NCBI GenBank assembly: GCA_951406725.2
Contig: OX597818.1
Coordinates: 90,148,001-90,212,000 of the forward strand
Reading direction: 5' to 3'
Length of the DNA: 64,000 bases
Source of the DNA: Octopus vulgaris
Lineage: Eukaryota
Each line of letters starts with the position of its first letter. Position 1 is the stretch's first letter. Below the pieces are notes generated by a model. That model made no database searches. It had not been told where the DNA came from and saw nothing but the letters and a program-made list of their open reading frames with translations. Below, piece by piece: positions 25,541-40,401 of this stretch. Position numbers and translations under genes: made by a program.

Positions 25541-26804
25541 TCAATGAGAACAAAGTGTTGGAGGTGTGAAACGTAAGACCGTGTACTCCTTTCCAACGCT
25601 GTGTATAATAACCATCTGTAGTCCTATAAAAGATGCAACTCATAGACTGGGTGACTCGTCGTGTGTAGTGAGTGAAAGGGGCCTACAGATCGATGTTGAG
25701 TTTCAAGAGTCATAAAGCGTTTCACAGGAGTCATAGAATGGCTGGTAATTTTAGCATTTAGAGGAATCTTCGTTGTCTCATGGAGGTTCCTTCGCTAGTA
25801 ATAAGTGAAAATGGAATAAATATGCAACTAATTTTACGGCGTAGCGTGTAGATTTTTGCATATTCGCACAATGATGAACAGAACGATTTTCTAGTATTTT
25901 GTTGGTCTGCTGGTGTTTAAAAGATAATGAGTTCTTATTTCATAGTGGCTGGCTTTGTCTTTTAACAATTAAACGAGCGAAATAATTTTACAGTCTCGCT
26001 ATGTCTCTTTACGTTCACAAAATAAAGCGTTCAAATTCCGCGAAGTCGACTTTTTCATTTATTCTTGAGAGGGTGACAACATTATAATGCTATGTTTGTC
26101 TCTCCCAACTTCTCAACCGATCTTCTTTACACAGAGACCACATACTGTGTTGTCCTCTAAATACTTGACATATACAGATTTACTTTCATCCAGATTTCAC
26201 TCAAATATATCAACAAACTGTCAACATTCGGTCCTGTTTAGTGACTTCACACGAAACCAGAACAAATGTTTATGTTTCAGCCCGGGGCAATTCAACGTAG
26301 TTCCGGGGAGGAATAATTGAATATCGGTATGTAGAATAAACTAACCAGATTAATTCTCTCTTTGTTGTTAATAATTATTGCTTATATTAAAAACTGATAA
26401 TTACTGTTTATATTCTACCCAGTCTCTATTTATCCAGTTAGGGCTTGGCTGTTTCATGCATTTATTGATATACTTTTTAAATCCTCATTCCTTCTATATT
26501 TTCTCATTCATTTTTATTCATTACTTATTACCTCTTTTCAAAAAGCGGCGCGCGGGCAGGGTTTCCAACGCACAGGACAACATTGTTCGTGGTATTTCAT
26601 CCGGATTTACTTTCTGAGTTCAAATTCTGCTGAGGTCGAGTTTTATTTTCATCCTCACGGGGATCGATAAAATAAGCACCAGTTAAGCACAATATGGCGG
26701 TGTGGGGGATGGGATCACTGTAATCCATTAGCGCCTTTCCCACAAATTTCAGACCTTGTGCTAATAATAGGATGGAGTAATTAGCTTCACGGAGGACAAT
26801 GATT

Positions 26805-27032
26805 TGGCGAGCTGGCAGAAATGTTAGCACGCCGGGCGAAATGCTTAGCGGTATTTTGACTGCCGCTACGTTCTGAGTTCAAATTCCACCGAGGTCGACT
26901 TTGCCTTTCATCCTTTCGGGGTCGATTAAATAAGTACCAGTTACGCACTGGGGTCGATATAATCGACTTAATCCGTTTGTCTGTCCTTGTTTGTCCTCTC
27001 TGTGTTTAGCCCCTTGTGGGCAATAAAGAAAG
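26805..27032 (+). mobile_element. SINE family B
   Basis: Near full-length match to family B. Confidence 0.85.
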
Positions 27033-28229
27033 AAGAATTGTTATATCCTCTGATGGTAGTGAGGGAGGGAATGTAATGCTATATTTTTTCCGTCATTTTA
27101 CGTTCTGAGTTCAAAACCTGCTAAGGTCACCTGTCATTTTATCCTTTCGACATTCTATAAAATAAACTATCTGCAAGTAGTGGAGTTGATGTCATGCACT
27201 AAAACGCTCTCCTCAAAATTCCTAATCTTGTAGGCAATCTTTACATCCAACTTAATGTAGACGTTGTGTTAGAATACACAATACTGCGTTATTTATCTTG
27301 AGTAAACTTCTCATATGGACTCGTGGCACATAAAAGCACGCGTATTTATATTGTTGAGAGACGAGAAACGCCTGCTACACCCGCAGGAACTGCTAAACCA
27401 CGTGATTTCACCCTGTGTGGGCTCCTCAGAGGCAGACGTCTGGTAGCGGCATAACAGTCGAATCACCCTATCAACGAAGAATATATAGAATTTCAGTGTC
27501 TAATTTAGGAAGATTCAGCTGTTATGTCACTACCAGATGTCTGGCATTGAGGCTTTAGAATCTATCTTCTATCTTTTACTTGTTTCAGTCATCAGATTGC
27601 GGCCTTACTGGAGCACCACTTTGAAGAGTTTCTCAGTTGAACGAATAGACCCCTGTACATACTTTCTCAAGCCTAGTACTTATTCAGTCGTTGTACTTTG
27701 ATGAACCACTAAATTACTGTGACATAAACACATCAACATTCGTGGTGGTGGGAACAAACACAGATATACACACTTAATCGACGGGCTTCTTTCAGTTTCT
27801 CTTTACGAAATCCACTCACAAGGCTTTGATCCACCCATGGGTATAAAAGAAAACACTCTAGCAAAAAGACTTCTTAAAAAAAAGGTTAATAACATCCTGA
27901 TAACAGATTTTATAACTTTAAAAAAAAAACTTAATAATCTTTCAAAAATAATTTTTAAAAAGTCCCCTCTATATATATATATAGAAATGTGTTACTTCTA
28001 CTTTTCCTTTTCTGATTCACCTTTACTCTAAATGAATATTGTAAATGACCTGAGATACGCGTATTGCTTTGATTTTGTTTTCCTTTTCCATTAATATATA
28101 CCCACTGACTCGGAAGCCTATTGCGTATCCCTAGCTCCAGCCTCACCTTTGAACTTGGAGTCCAACGGATGACCTATTTTAGCAATTACGCAGCGTAGTT
28201 ATTGCTTTAGATTATCAGTAAACTAAACC

Positions 28230-28300
<71 letters not shown>

Positions 28301-28545
28301 AGAGAGAGGGAGAGAGAGAGAGGGGGTGGAAGATAGAACGAAAGAAAGAAATAAAGAGAGTGAGGAACTTGACTGAGGAAAGAAAGGCACGAATGACTCA
28401 TCTTTTTTTTTTGCCTGAACTTCTAATTGTTGTTTCTCTTGAACGCCTTGTATCGTCTATCTGTCCGAATGTTTTAATGTCCTCTATTTCGTTTTTGTTC
28501 CATATATATATATATATATATACATACATACTATCTATCTATCTA

Positions 28546-28579
<34 letters not shown>

Positions 28580-29819
28580 CAGGGTGTGGTGAATAAATTG
28601 CCTGAATTTCGCAAAAATAAAAATAACACTGGCATCTCATTTTAACAGGTATATTTACCAAAATAACGTAAAAATGTCTTGAAATAATGAGTAAATCTAT
28701 TCAATAAAATCGTCATTGACTTCAACCACAGCCTCCAGACGACTTCCGAATCTACTGCAACTCTTCTTGACGGTTTCCTTGTTTAAGTTGGTGAATGCTG
28801 CCATAATCCTCGTCTTCAGCTCATCTTTGGTGTCACAAGGGCTTTTGATGGACTCTCGCTCAACTGCGCCCCACACTTAAGAATCAAGTGGTTTGCAGTC
28901 TGGGCTCAGATATTAAGAGTGATGACGCAGAAATTGTCTGACAGCCGTGACTGGGTTCTCCTGTTTGTGTGGCATGGTGCAGAGTCCTGCTACCAAACAT
29001 AAGGTCTTCCAACAGTCACTCTGTTTTCCCAGGGTAGCACTACCTCCTTCAGGCATTTCATGTAGGCCTCTGTGTGGGAAGATGGAGGCATAACGTCACT
29101 ATCACACGAACACCATGATGTTGACTGGATATTTGATTTTTATCACACTTGGTACATGTTTTGGGGACACAGCAAGCCAGCGCTTGTTCTGTGTGTTCAC
29201 CACTACCCTGGCAGAAATTTTTTCTCATCTGAGAAAAGCCAAAGCATGTTCAGTTGCAGGAGATGCTTGAGTTTGTACGAAAGCTTTGTAGCGCAGTCTT
29301 TCCTCTTGTCCTTGATGGCTGGGGATAACAATTGGTTCTTTCTCATCTTGTATGAGGAATACTGAATGTCTTCATGCACTACCTGTCTGAGAAGAAACTC
29401 AAACATCTGGCGATGGATCTGATTGACTGGGAGGGACCTTGTCAATCATAGCCCGATCTTACCAACAGATTTAGGATTTTTTGTCTTTCAGAACAATCAG
29501 AGTGAGTTTTCCGAGCTACAGTACCTTCGTAATCACCATTAGACTTATTTAACTCTTTCCGAATCCTCTGTACTATCCTCAGATTGACACACAAACACTC
29601 TGAAATGTTCGTAATGGAGCTTCCAGCACGAATACCAAGCACTACAGCATGTAGTTTCCAAATTTCTGGAAGACTAAATTGCGTCATGGTGCTGTTTTAC
29701 TCACAGACGGTGCTCAACTGACACTACTATACTGTGTAGTCGGCAAAATCAAAAACAAAATAATGCACATAAGTGAAATTAGAAGTATAATGTGGCGACA
29801 AGTTACCCATCGCACCCTG
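28580..29819 (-). mobile_element. Degenerate Tc1/mariner transposon, probably maT/DD37D-like
   Basis: TA|CAGGGTG...CACCCTG|TA; disrupted transposase with WLFSDEKKF, QDSAPCHT and SPDCKPLD motifs. Confidence 0.85.
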
Positions 29820-30782
29820 TATATATAGTCTAGCCATATTACCTGTAAAGTAAGAGACGTTGCTTTACCAAAATAAAAAGAAAATAAATCAAGATCAAAA
29901 ATCGAAAAGAAGGAAGGAAAATTAGCGGTACTGGGATAGTACTGAACGATGGACTGCCATCTTATCTTAAGGAATATATGTCACTGGTTAAGTTTATACT
30001 GAAACCAAAGATCTCTTATAACTGTATAAATCAAACTCTGGCGTAAAATATTTTCCTTTTTATTTTTTTGGGACAGATTTTTGTTCTTTCGTTTTTGTAG
30101 ACATTTCGAAAGATTCGTGATGTGAAATCGCGTGTTAAAACAGATGTTATATTTTGGGAAGGTCTTATTGCCAATAAGAAACACACGTACTGGTTCTACT
30201 TTACTTAGAAAGCTGATAGTATCGTTGGCGCGTCGGAGGAAATGCTTTACGGTATTTCTTCTCTCTCTTTAAATTTTGCTTTGAAATCCCGCCGAGGTCA
30301 GCTTTGCCTTTGAGCTTCTCAAGGTCGGAAAAAATAACGTAACATTTCAGAAATGGAGTCGATGATATCGACTGACCTCTCCCTATAAAATCGCTGTTCT
30401 TGTGCCAAAATTTGAAGCTAATTAACCTATTAACTGATCAGTTAACCAATTAACCAATTAATTAACTAGTTAAATATATGATTAATAATTTAATCAATCA
30501 AACGTGCTGCTGTTCTGTTAGAGTTCTTTCGTCGCCTTTTGCGACCTCATAAGTAACATGCTTTCATTGTTCCAGGTCTCTCTTGTTAAGAACCAGTGTA
30601 TATTTCTTCTTATACACCAGTCTCAGTTTTCATATTCAATAGAAAGTCATCGGTACTCTTAAACCCTGCTTGACAAACACAGAAAGAAGCCGAAGCGTCA
30701 GGCACGTGTTTAGCCATCAAAAGCTTAAGCAAGATGCAATTTATGTGACTGAAACTCCCAGGCTACACGCATGAGTACACGA

Positions 30783-30874
<92 letters not shown>

Positions 30875-30893
30875 CGCGTGTATACATCTGTAT

Positions 30894-30954
<61 letters not shown>

Positions 30955-30960
<6 letters not shown>

Positions 30961-32867
30961 ATGTTACATTACTCGGTAGTCAAGATAAAACTCTGAGTTT
31001 CAGATGCCGAAGTGGAAATCCACAACACCATCTCTTCGGTTATCTGGCTATTTGAAAACGTTATGAAAAAATACCGTTAAATAAAGGGAAATTACTCTGT
31101 TATAACTCTGCTTGCCTGCGTACTTATACATCGCTCGCATTTTTCGTCATAAAAATTATATAAAAATACATAAAAAATATATAAAAAATATATAAAAATA
31201 TATAAATTCTTCTTGGGACATAACATAGAAAGCATGTTCTATCTGTTTTCTTTAGGGGACCAAAAACGTAACACAAACTTAGTCACATGTGGGCATGATC
31301 CGAAAAGCTCTGTCCTTGTATTTAGACATGCAGTAGGGTCTAAGCTGCTTTTCCAGATAAGCCATCTCTCCATGTCGCATAGACCGCACCTTCCGCTGCC
31401 GTTAGTATAGGGCTTACATCTGGCCAAAATCTTCCATTGTATGTTATAATCGACACCTTTATCTCTTAAAGACCAAATATGATTAGACAATTGTGTCGCT
31501 TTTCTTTTGTTCCAGTGCCTAAAGCTCAAAGTGTGGTTATTGAACCTGGCCTTGAAATTACCCTCTGTAAGGCCCACGTATTTCTTCGTCGAAACGGTGT
31601 CTTTAGTGGTTATAGAGTTTACGGTAGCTTCATATATGATGGTCTTGGACATGCAAGCTCCATTTAGCGGGCACAATTCTTTATTCCTGCATGAACAGCT
31701 GTTTTCTTCTTGTGTTTTTTGTATGTTATGTTTGATTATGTTTTTAAAATTGGTAGTTGAACTAAAACTAATTTTTAAATTGTGTCTATTGAAGAGTTTC
31801 CTATAAGTATGGTTAACTGGAAAATGTCTATCTATCAGTGCTAGGAAATATTTACCTATATTGAAGGCCACCTCGGGTGAGTAAGGGGGCGTAAACCAGA
31901 TGACCTTCCTATTTCTATTATTCCTTTTCTTTACTGTTGGGCTAGTGATAGGTGTATATTTTATTTTATCGCTAAAACCACTATCTTTTAAAGCCTTATT
32001 ATAAACTGGGGCAACGCTATTGAAGATGTCCTCATCAGATGAGAGGCTAGAAATCCTCTTACTAATATTTTTAACTAAATTTTTGAATACTATAGGGGGA
32101 TGGCATGAACCTACATTAATATAACTTAGTCTATCATTGGGCTTCCTATAAGGCTTATAAATATTCTTATTAAGATCTAAGGAAACGTCTAAGAAATTGA
32201 CAACCGTCAAGTTAGTATCTATAGTTATACTAAGTCCGAAGTGCTTCATTAACTGGATAATATCCTTCCTAAAACGATCTTCTGCTGGTCCATTTGTATT
32301 AGCTGTTAAGGCGAGGGCATCATCTTTGTAGATGGCGAAATGTACGTTAGGGAATGTCTTACCTAAGGTATCTAGGAGAAAAAGTCCAATTAGATCACAG
32401 ATGCCTGCCCATCATATGAACCCATGCTCACATCGAAAGCGCCCTCTGTGTCGGTGTTTTTTACCCACTTTGCGTCCTCACTGAAAAGTAAGGTCTTTCT
32501 AGCATGGAAGATTATTTCCTTATCTATGTTATGTCCCAAGAAGAATTTATATATTTTTATATATTTTTTATATATTTTTTATGTATTTTTATATAATTTT
32601 TATGACGAAAAATGCGAGCGATGTATAAGTACGCAGGCAAGCAGAGTTATATCAGAGTAATTTCCCTTTATTTAACGGTATTTTTTCATAACGTTTTCAA
32701 ATAGCCAGATAACCGAAGAGATGGTGTTGTGGATTTCCACTTCGGCATCTGAAACTCAGAGTTTTATCTTGACTACCGAGTAATGTAACATATTGTATAG
32801 ATAAATTTCCTCTATTTACATAATATTGAGGTCTCTTTCTTTCTTTTGTTATCTTACCGTTTTATCA

Positions 32868-32870
<3 letters not shown>
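30955..32870 (-). mobile_element. Penelope-like element (RT + GIY-YIG), 5'-truncated, with inverted pseudo-LTRs, inside (TA)n
   Basis: ORF 31239-32249 (NFLDV, KPND, IWFTPPYS, IIYEA..YVGLT..FKARFNNH) extends through one frameshift to ~32515 (FDVSMGSYDG, YKDD); arms 30955-31230 and 32524-32800 are inverted. Confidence 0.93.
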
Positions 32871-32948
<78 letters not shown>

Positions 32949-32951
<3 letters not shown>

Positions 32952-33328
32952 AGTGGCCGTATGGTAAGTAGCATGGTTACCAGTCACATGGTTCCGGGTT
33001 CAGTCCCACTGCATGGCATCTTTGGCAAGTGTCTTCTACTAAAGCCTCGGGCCGACCAAAGCCTTGTGAGTGAATTTGGTAGACGGAAACTGAAAGAAGC
33101 CTGTCGTATATATGTATATATGTATGTGTGTGTATATGCTTGTGTGTCTGTGTTTGTCCCCCCAACATCGGTGGTGTGTTAACGTCCCCTTAACTTAGCG
33201 GTTCCGCAAAAGAGACCGATAGAATAAGTACTAGGCTTACAAAGAAGAAGTCCTGGGGTCGATTTGCTCGACTAAAAGTCCGTGCTCCAGCATGGCCACA
33301 GTCAAATGACTGAAACAAGTAAAAGAGT
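32949..33328 (+). mobile_element. SINE family A
   Basis: Match to family A. Confidence 0.85.
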
Positions 33329-33742
33329 ATATAATAACGGAAACGTATTTATATGTATGATCCATGTCCCTCGCTCTTTAGAAACCTCTTCAAAAAGAAT
33401 AAAATAAAGAGAGAGAGACAGATCTCTCTTCCCACCGGTTAAGAAGATGGCTACGACGGCAATATTAATAATTAGTAGCAACAGCGATAATAACAGCAAA
33501 AATGTGTTTATAAACAACAATAACATGGATTTAAAATGCAGCAACAAAAACCACAGCTACAGTAACATGGGTTTTAAATACTTATTTTGATATGATAAAT
33601 AGTAATTATTTTAAGAACAAAATACAACGAAACAAATGCAAAAAAAAGAGGCGTATTTTCGTGTTGAGTGACTTTGTCCTGAGGCTAATGTCAGCTCGGT
33701 ATACCTGAAAGCAAAGAGGTCCCTATTGTTCTTGCCAGACTG

Positions 33743-33748
33743 TATAAG
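33743..33748 (+). promoter_or_regulatory. Possible TATA-like box of gene B
   Basis: TATAAG about 300 nt upstream of the gene B ATG in unique sequence; positional inference only. Confidence 0.25.
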
Positions 33749-34044
33749 TTAAGCCGATGACCGCACTTTAGAACTATTCCTTCATCTTAATCCGTTTACT
33801 TCAGACATACAGAGACAGTCACCTTTACAGTGACACCTCTGTTCGCAGTTTCGTATTTGTACCTTCTGCTACGGCTGCGGCTATCCGTGTGTAGCATTCA
33901 ATTATATCTTCTTGTTCTTGTTCTTGTTGATGCAGCTGTTTGCTATTGTCGTTGGAGCTGTGATTGTTATTGAATAAGTGGAGGTCTTTCCTCCACTGGG
34001 ACTCAAAGCCCGGATATTTTCCCCACTTTTTTTAAAATTTGGAA

Positions 34045-34133
34045 ATGCCTTTTTCGCAAACTGGAACGAAGACTATTTTCGGATGGTCGGCTTTGATTCT
34101 TCTCTGTTTTCTAAGCCAAACTGCACATGCGCA
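34045..34133 (+). CDS. Gene B first coding exon: signal peptide
   Basis: ATG...GCGCA|gtaagt; MPFSQTGTKTIFGWSALILLCFLSQTAHA has a hydrophobic core and an AxA cleavage site; ends in phase 2, matching exon 58768. Confidence 0.75.
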
Positions 34134-34297
34134 GTAAGTATATATTTTGTTTCTGCCTGCATTATGTAACATATTTATTGTCAATTAAATAACAGTAAAT
34201 CTCCCTGTCATATATACTCACATAAACATATATACATTCACATATATACATATACATATACATACATACTACATATATATATATATATATGTGTATG

Positions 34298-34368
<71 letters not shown>

Positions 34369-34386
34369 GTATATATATATATATAC

Positions 34387-34442
<56 letters not shown>

Positions 34443-34805
34443 TATTTGTTGTATATTGGAAACATCAAATTTCAAAATTGTTGCGAATTGTATTACAGAA
34501 TAGTGAGGAAGGTCGTCCTTTAGTAGTTAAGTGGCACAGGAAGTTTTCCATTATCCTCAACTGATATTGAACGGAGGCATTATTATAAGTTTATTCAGTA
34601 AATGGTTTGTGAGTGCTAATTTAAGAGAACGATGTTATAGGAGCTATTTGGTATAATTAGTATTGTGAACTGCAATAAAGAAATATAAATAGATAATCTG
34701 TTCCCGCGACAAGAAATGTTCTGTGCCCTTTTCGTCTATCGTAGATGGCGCTTTTAAAAATATGTATGCATAAATATACTTATAAATACGTACACATCTA
34801 TATAT

Positions 34806-34855
<50 letters not shown>

Positions 34856-35014
34856 GTGTGTGTGTATGTATATATGTATATATATATGTGAGTGTGTGTG
34901 TATGTATGTATATATGTATGTATGTGTGTGTATATATATATGTATATATGTATGTGTATACTTATATATATGCATATATATACATGTATATATATATGTA
35001 TATATATACATGTA

Positions 35015-35068
<54 letters not shown>

Positions 35069-35185
35069 TATATGTATATATATAAATATAAGTTAGATAT
35101 AGGTAGTTATGACAGTCTAAAGCTAAGCACTTTATTGACGTGAAACTCAGGGCAACCCCAAAGACCGATCATATCTCTCTCTATA

Positions 35186-35248
<63 letters not shown>

Positions 35249-35251
35249 TTA

Positions 35252-35352
<101 letters not shown>

Positions 35353-35581
35353 ACATACATACATACATATATTTGTATGTGTAAAGTAACAGTCTTAGAG
35401 AAAAACGATTGGTTTCATAACTAGCGTGAATTAGACATATCTTCCGTTTCTCTAAAAGATAACCGTTCCCTCTGCAAAGAATGTTTTTTTTTTTAAAAGC
35501 CACAAGAATGTCGGTGATAGTTGAAGAAATATTCCTCGTAAAAAATTATGGCCGGGCGAGTTGTCTTACTTTGCCTGATAG

Positions 35582-35935
35582 CTAGGTTTTCCAATTTTGA
35601 AGTAAAAATTTCCGAAAATATGGACAACTCTCCACTGCGTCCGTCCTGGAGTTCAGGTAACCTCCTGGCTCATATGAGATAATGAGGATTATATATTTTT
35701 CTGCCATGCACAATTTACATAGTCTTGTTCCATTGCAATAGGGCCCACAAGTTACTAGTAATTTCCACCTGGTGTTAAATGGCGTATGATCATCCTTTAG
35801 GCGCCATCCGTATGCTGCCAGTATCGTTGTGTTGCGTCTCTCCTGGACCTTGAAAGAAGATCTGTGGTTGTTCAGGCGAATTTTAAATTTGGATTCACAA
35901 GATCCGACATAAATTTTAGTGTGTGTGTCCCTGTG
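35582..35935 (-). mobile_element. Penelope-like GIY-YIG endonuclease fragment
   Basis: IYVGSCESKFKIRLNNHRSSF..PYCNGTRLCKLCMAEK..LNSR..SCP, homologous to the C-terminus of the 31-kb ORF. Confidence 0.85.
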
Positions 35936-37759
35936 TTGGAGTATGATCAACACTGACAAATTATCTTCGAGATGTTAAAATTAATGGCTGTCAGCAAAGC
36001 CCGTACTGAAATTTAATATAAAAATCAATAATAAACACAAACATGACTCCCATTTACAAAGCCAAGTCGTACAGAAACAAACTAGAGTAAGATATCTGGT
36101 TTTTCAATAGTACTCATGAGCATTGAGAACGACAGTGAAAATATGTCCTAACGAATAATGTAAATAAATTATTAGTAAGGTGAAGTTCACTTAATATGAC
36201 AACATTACTCACCATGCGCAGGTGAGTATAGCCTAGTAGTTTGTACCACGCTTTCGCCCATTGCGTTAGCTCGCTTTGTAGCCGCGAGCAGACATAGATA
36301 ATATCTTGACCCCGCTAATCTTGGCACGCATTTGAGGTTGTCGTGCATGACCTGGCTTAGAATTTTGCAATTTAAGGCTGTTGAACCACCAAGCAAAAAT
36401 AAGAAAATAATGAGTATAACTCCGTCTAAGGCAAGAAGGCAAACATTTTAAATAGCGCTCTTTAATATGGTGTTTCTCAGTGCTTGAATCGCTCATTTCA
36501 TCTCTGTTTCTCTCCGTTTTTTTTCTCTCTCTATCTCTTTGTCATTTCCTTTATCTCTTCATTTTTCTCTAACACACTTACATAGATTTATACATACATA
36601 CTCATACATAAATATTTATACATACATACTCATACATAAACATTTTGCTGATAACTTTTGGTAATCTGTTAACTAAATGAGCAAGAATAGAACTACATCT
36701 ATCAATAGCTTTCATTAAAAATGATTACAGGATGGGGCAGACAGGATAGTTCTCTGGGGCTAATGGAAAATGCTTAAAAAATATTTTCGAATTTCATTGT
36801 AGGGTACACTAGATTGCAGGTATTATGCGAAACCGATCGAGTAAGTAACTAAACAAAGTATTATTCAACTATAAATCTGTTCGAGATGACGTGTGGCCTA
36901 GTGTTTAGGGTGTGGTACTCACGACTGCGATGTCATGATTTCGATTCCCATATTGGCTGTGCATTGTGTTCATGAGCAAATCAATTCATTTCAGGTTGTT
37001 AAGTCTAAGCAGCTGTAAATGGGTAACCTTTTCACAGATTGTAGAACAAAGGTAAGATGGTGACTCAGGAAAATCACTCAAACAGATGTCTCGTTAGATA
37101 TATTTTGTATTCAGCGATCGAAAAGAAGAATAGTACAAACCGTATTATAAATCCCCCACTGGCTGGTATTGGTTGTTCAACCGGGTCGAAGATGAGTGAG
37201 TAGCTCTATTCTGGCTTGTTTGATCATTGTCATTAGGTAACTTAGTACGATGTGATACATCAGTCAGTTCCATTTTTAGTGGCGTAAACCTTGTCGCATC
37301 AATTTGGTGTTGGAAATTTAATAGAAAAAAAAAACGTTGAAAATATAGTGTAGAAATGATGTACTCCTTGTCTAAAACAAAAGGTTATGAATAGCAATCG
37401 TTTCTCTAGCTGGCGTCTTTAGATGCAGGAATCCCAACAGCGAAATGTCTGAGAGAGTGGCTCATGTGAAGTGGAAAGAAATACGCTATACTTTGTTTAC
37501 CATATTGAAACTTAGAAAAAGAGGGGTTACAACATCATCTATGATAACAGAATGGATAGGCTAGCATAAGAAAACATAGACAAATTATCTGATGGGATTC
37601 TTGAGTTTGAACGTAAGTAAATCAGTATAGTTTAAATTATGGAACAGAGAAAGGAACCGGGCAAAGAATTCATTCAAAAGGATTACTGATACATTTTATG
37701 GATAAGCAAAATTGTAGCAGGTAGCAACTCAACAAATATGCTGATAGATAGGAAGCAAT

Positions 37760-37990
37760 TCTTGCGCAGGTAAAAATATGAAAATCTTGCTTGGTACGGT
37801 CATGTATCCTGCCACAACTCCCTATCCAAAACCATTCTTCGGAACACAGTTGAAGGAGGGTGAAAGAGAGGTACACAGAGAAAATCTTGATTTGGCAACA
37901 TCAAGGACTGGACGAATCACAACTCAGCGAACCTGTTACGCATGACAGACTTTCATAGTCAACCAGTGACGACGGTTGACTATGAAAGTT
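37760..37990 (+). mobile_element. RTE LINE 3' fragment ending in a perfect 16-bp hairpin
   Basis: LAWYGHVSCHNSLSKTIL..VEGG..RG.QRK..GNIKDWT; stem ACTTTCATAGTCAACC/GGTTGACTATGAAAGT at 37949-37989. Confidence 0.65.
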
Positions 37991-39748
37991 TCTAGAGCGG
38001 CTCCCCAGCGGCCGGCTGCATCAGCTTAGGGATCTTGTTTATTAATGAGTAGGAAAAACTAACTGGATTACTCTTTTGCACTACATTATTAAGATTATCC
38101 TATTTTTGAGTAGATTTGTATTAGCACTTCGTGGAACCTGTCATCTGAACGGCAATGTCCCCAATGATATCTTCCTTGAACTGGTTGGATTTCTGCTCCG
38201 GTAGGATTCCATACATGAAACACTTTTGAGGAAGGTAAAAAAAGTGGTGAGCGGCGGGTGAGGGAGTTTGTTTGGACCTCATTTCTCAGCTGAACTATCG
38301 TCACAAAATGAATTTAAAACAAACATGTCAAAACAATATACTTCATATATAATTTCCTTAGGCATAAATTCACTTTTTCGTGGATTTTGCATGTAAAATT
38401 ATATATGAATATAAAACACCACGCCTTCGTAAGCAGGTGATAGTGTGACTCGTATAAAAGCGTTACTTATTTTGTACGCCGGTGTCGTCATATTTAAAAA
38501 ATCTATCGGAATTTACCGAGAAAACCCCAATGTATGTATGCCTGTATGTATGTATATGTATATGTATGTACGCATGGATGTATACATATATGTGTGTGTG
38601 TATTTGTACATATAATTATGTATATATGTATGAGTGAGTGCGTGTGTGTATATGTGTGTGTTTATGTGTGGTTGAGTTTGAGTTCGTAAGTATGTAAAAG
38701 TCACTGCATGTATGTAGGCAAGTGTATGTGCGTGTTATCTCTTCTCACACCCACTTTACATTAATCCCTCTTTTTAAAACACCTTAATAAATAGGTAAAG
38801 ATAATAAAGGAAATATATATACCTGTAAGGCATTATTTTACTAGCAACCACAGTTACCCTAAAATCCCTTCCCAACTCTTCCTATTTCTTCCTCCTTCCT
38901 TTCCACTTTTTCTTTCTTTCAGTTGGTTCCTGAAGAACAACATTTTATTAAAGTTGATGCAACAGGTTTGTTGCTATTATTGTTGTTTGTTTTGCAGTAC
39001 CACATCGATATTCCCGTTATTATTGCCGATGTTGTAATGCTGGTTGAACATTTTTACTTTTCCCTTTTTCTGTCTCTTTTCTATAGTACGTCTATTTCTC
39101 TCTTCGTCTCCCTCGCATTCTCATAACATGCCCACTGCTCTATATCTTTTCAAATTTTTCTTCCCCACCTTTCACTGTATGTGTGTGTGTGTGTATGAAG
39201 TTTTAAATGGAAAAAGATTGCTCTTTCACTGGGATGTATTTTATCCAAGTGTACACAAGTTTAGCTCCATGTTGATTAATACACTTTAGATTTCATTAAT
39301 TTGTGTTAATATTAGAGTTAACACTTATGAAGTTACAGTAATCCTTATAGATGCTTTCATCCATTTGATATAGAACAGAATTTTAATAATTTAATATAAT
39401 GAAAATGGTGAGTTTGAACACAGAAAAAAATCAGTTTATTTATATAATAGTGAATTTCATGTCGCCTATGTACGTTTCAATTTCTTACATTCATTCATAT
39501 TTTGCAATTGAAAGTGCATTACGCATTTAAAGGGTAAACATCTCTTCAGGGAAAAAATTGACAAACATTCGTTCACATCCTAATGGATGGTGAGTAGCTT
39601 ACAGACTTTTTATCTTTTAAATGCATCATGCAATCTTAATTGCAAAATATGAATGAAGGTAAGAAATTGAAACGTACGTAGGCGATATGAAATTGATTAT
39701 TATATAAATAAATTGATTTCCTTCGGTGTTCAAACTCTCCATTTTCCT

Positions 39749-39780
<32 letters not shown>

Positions 39781-39810
39781 TGTATGTATGTATGTATGTA
39801 TGTATGTATG

Positions 39811-40276
<466 letters not shown>

Positions 40277-40302
40277 CACACACACGCACACATATATATG
40301 AA

Positions 40303-40401
<99 letters not shown>

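Noticed and set aside
37038-37051. 14-nt micro-exon candidate (ttttcacag|...|gtaaga)
   Set aside because: Gives a stop in the required phase and lies at the end of a decayed SINE
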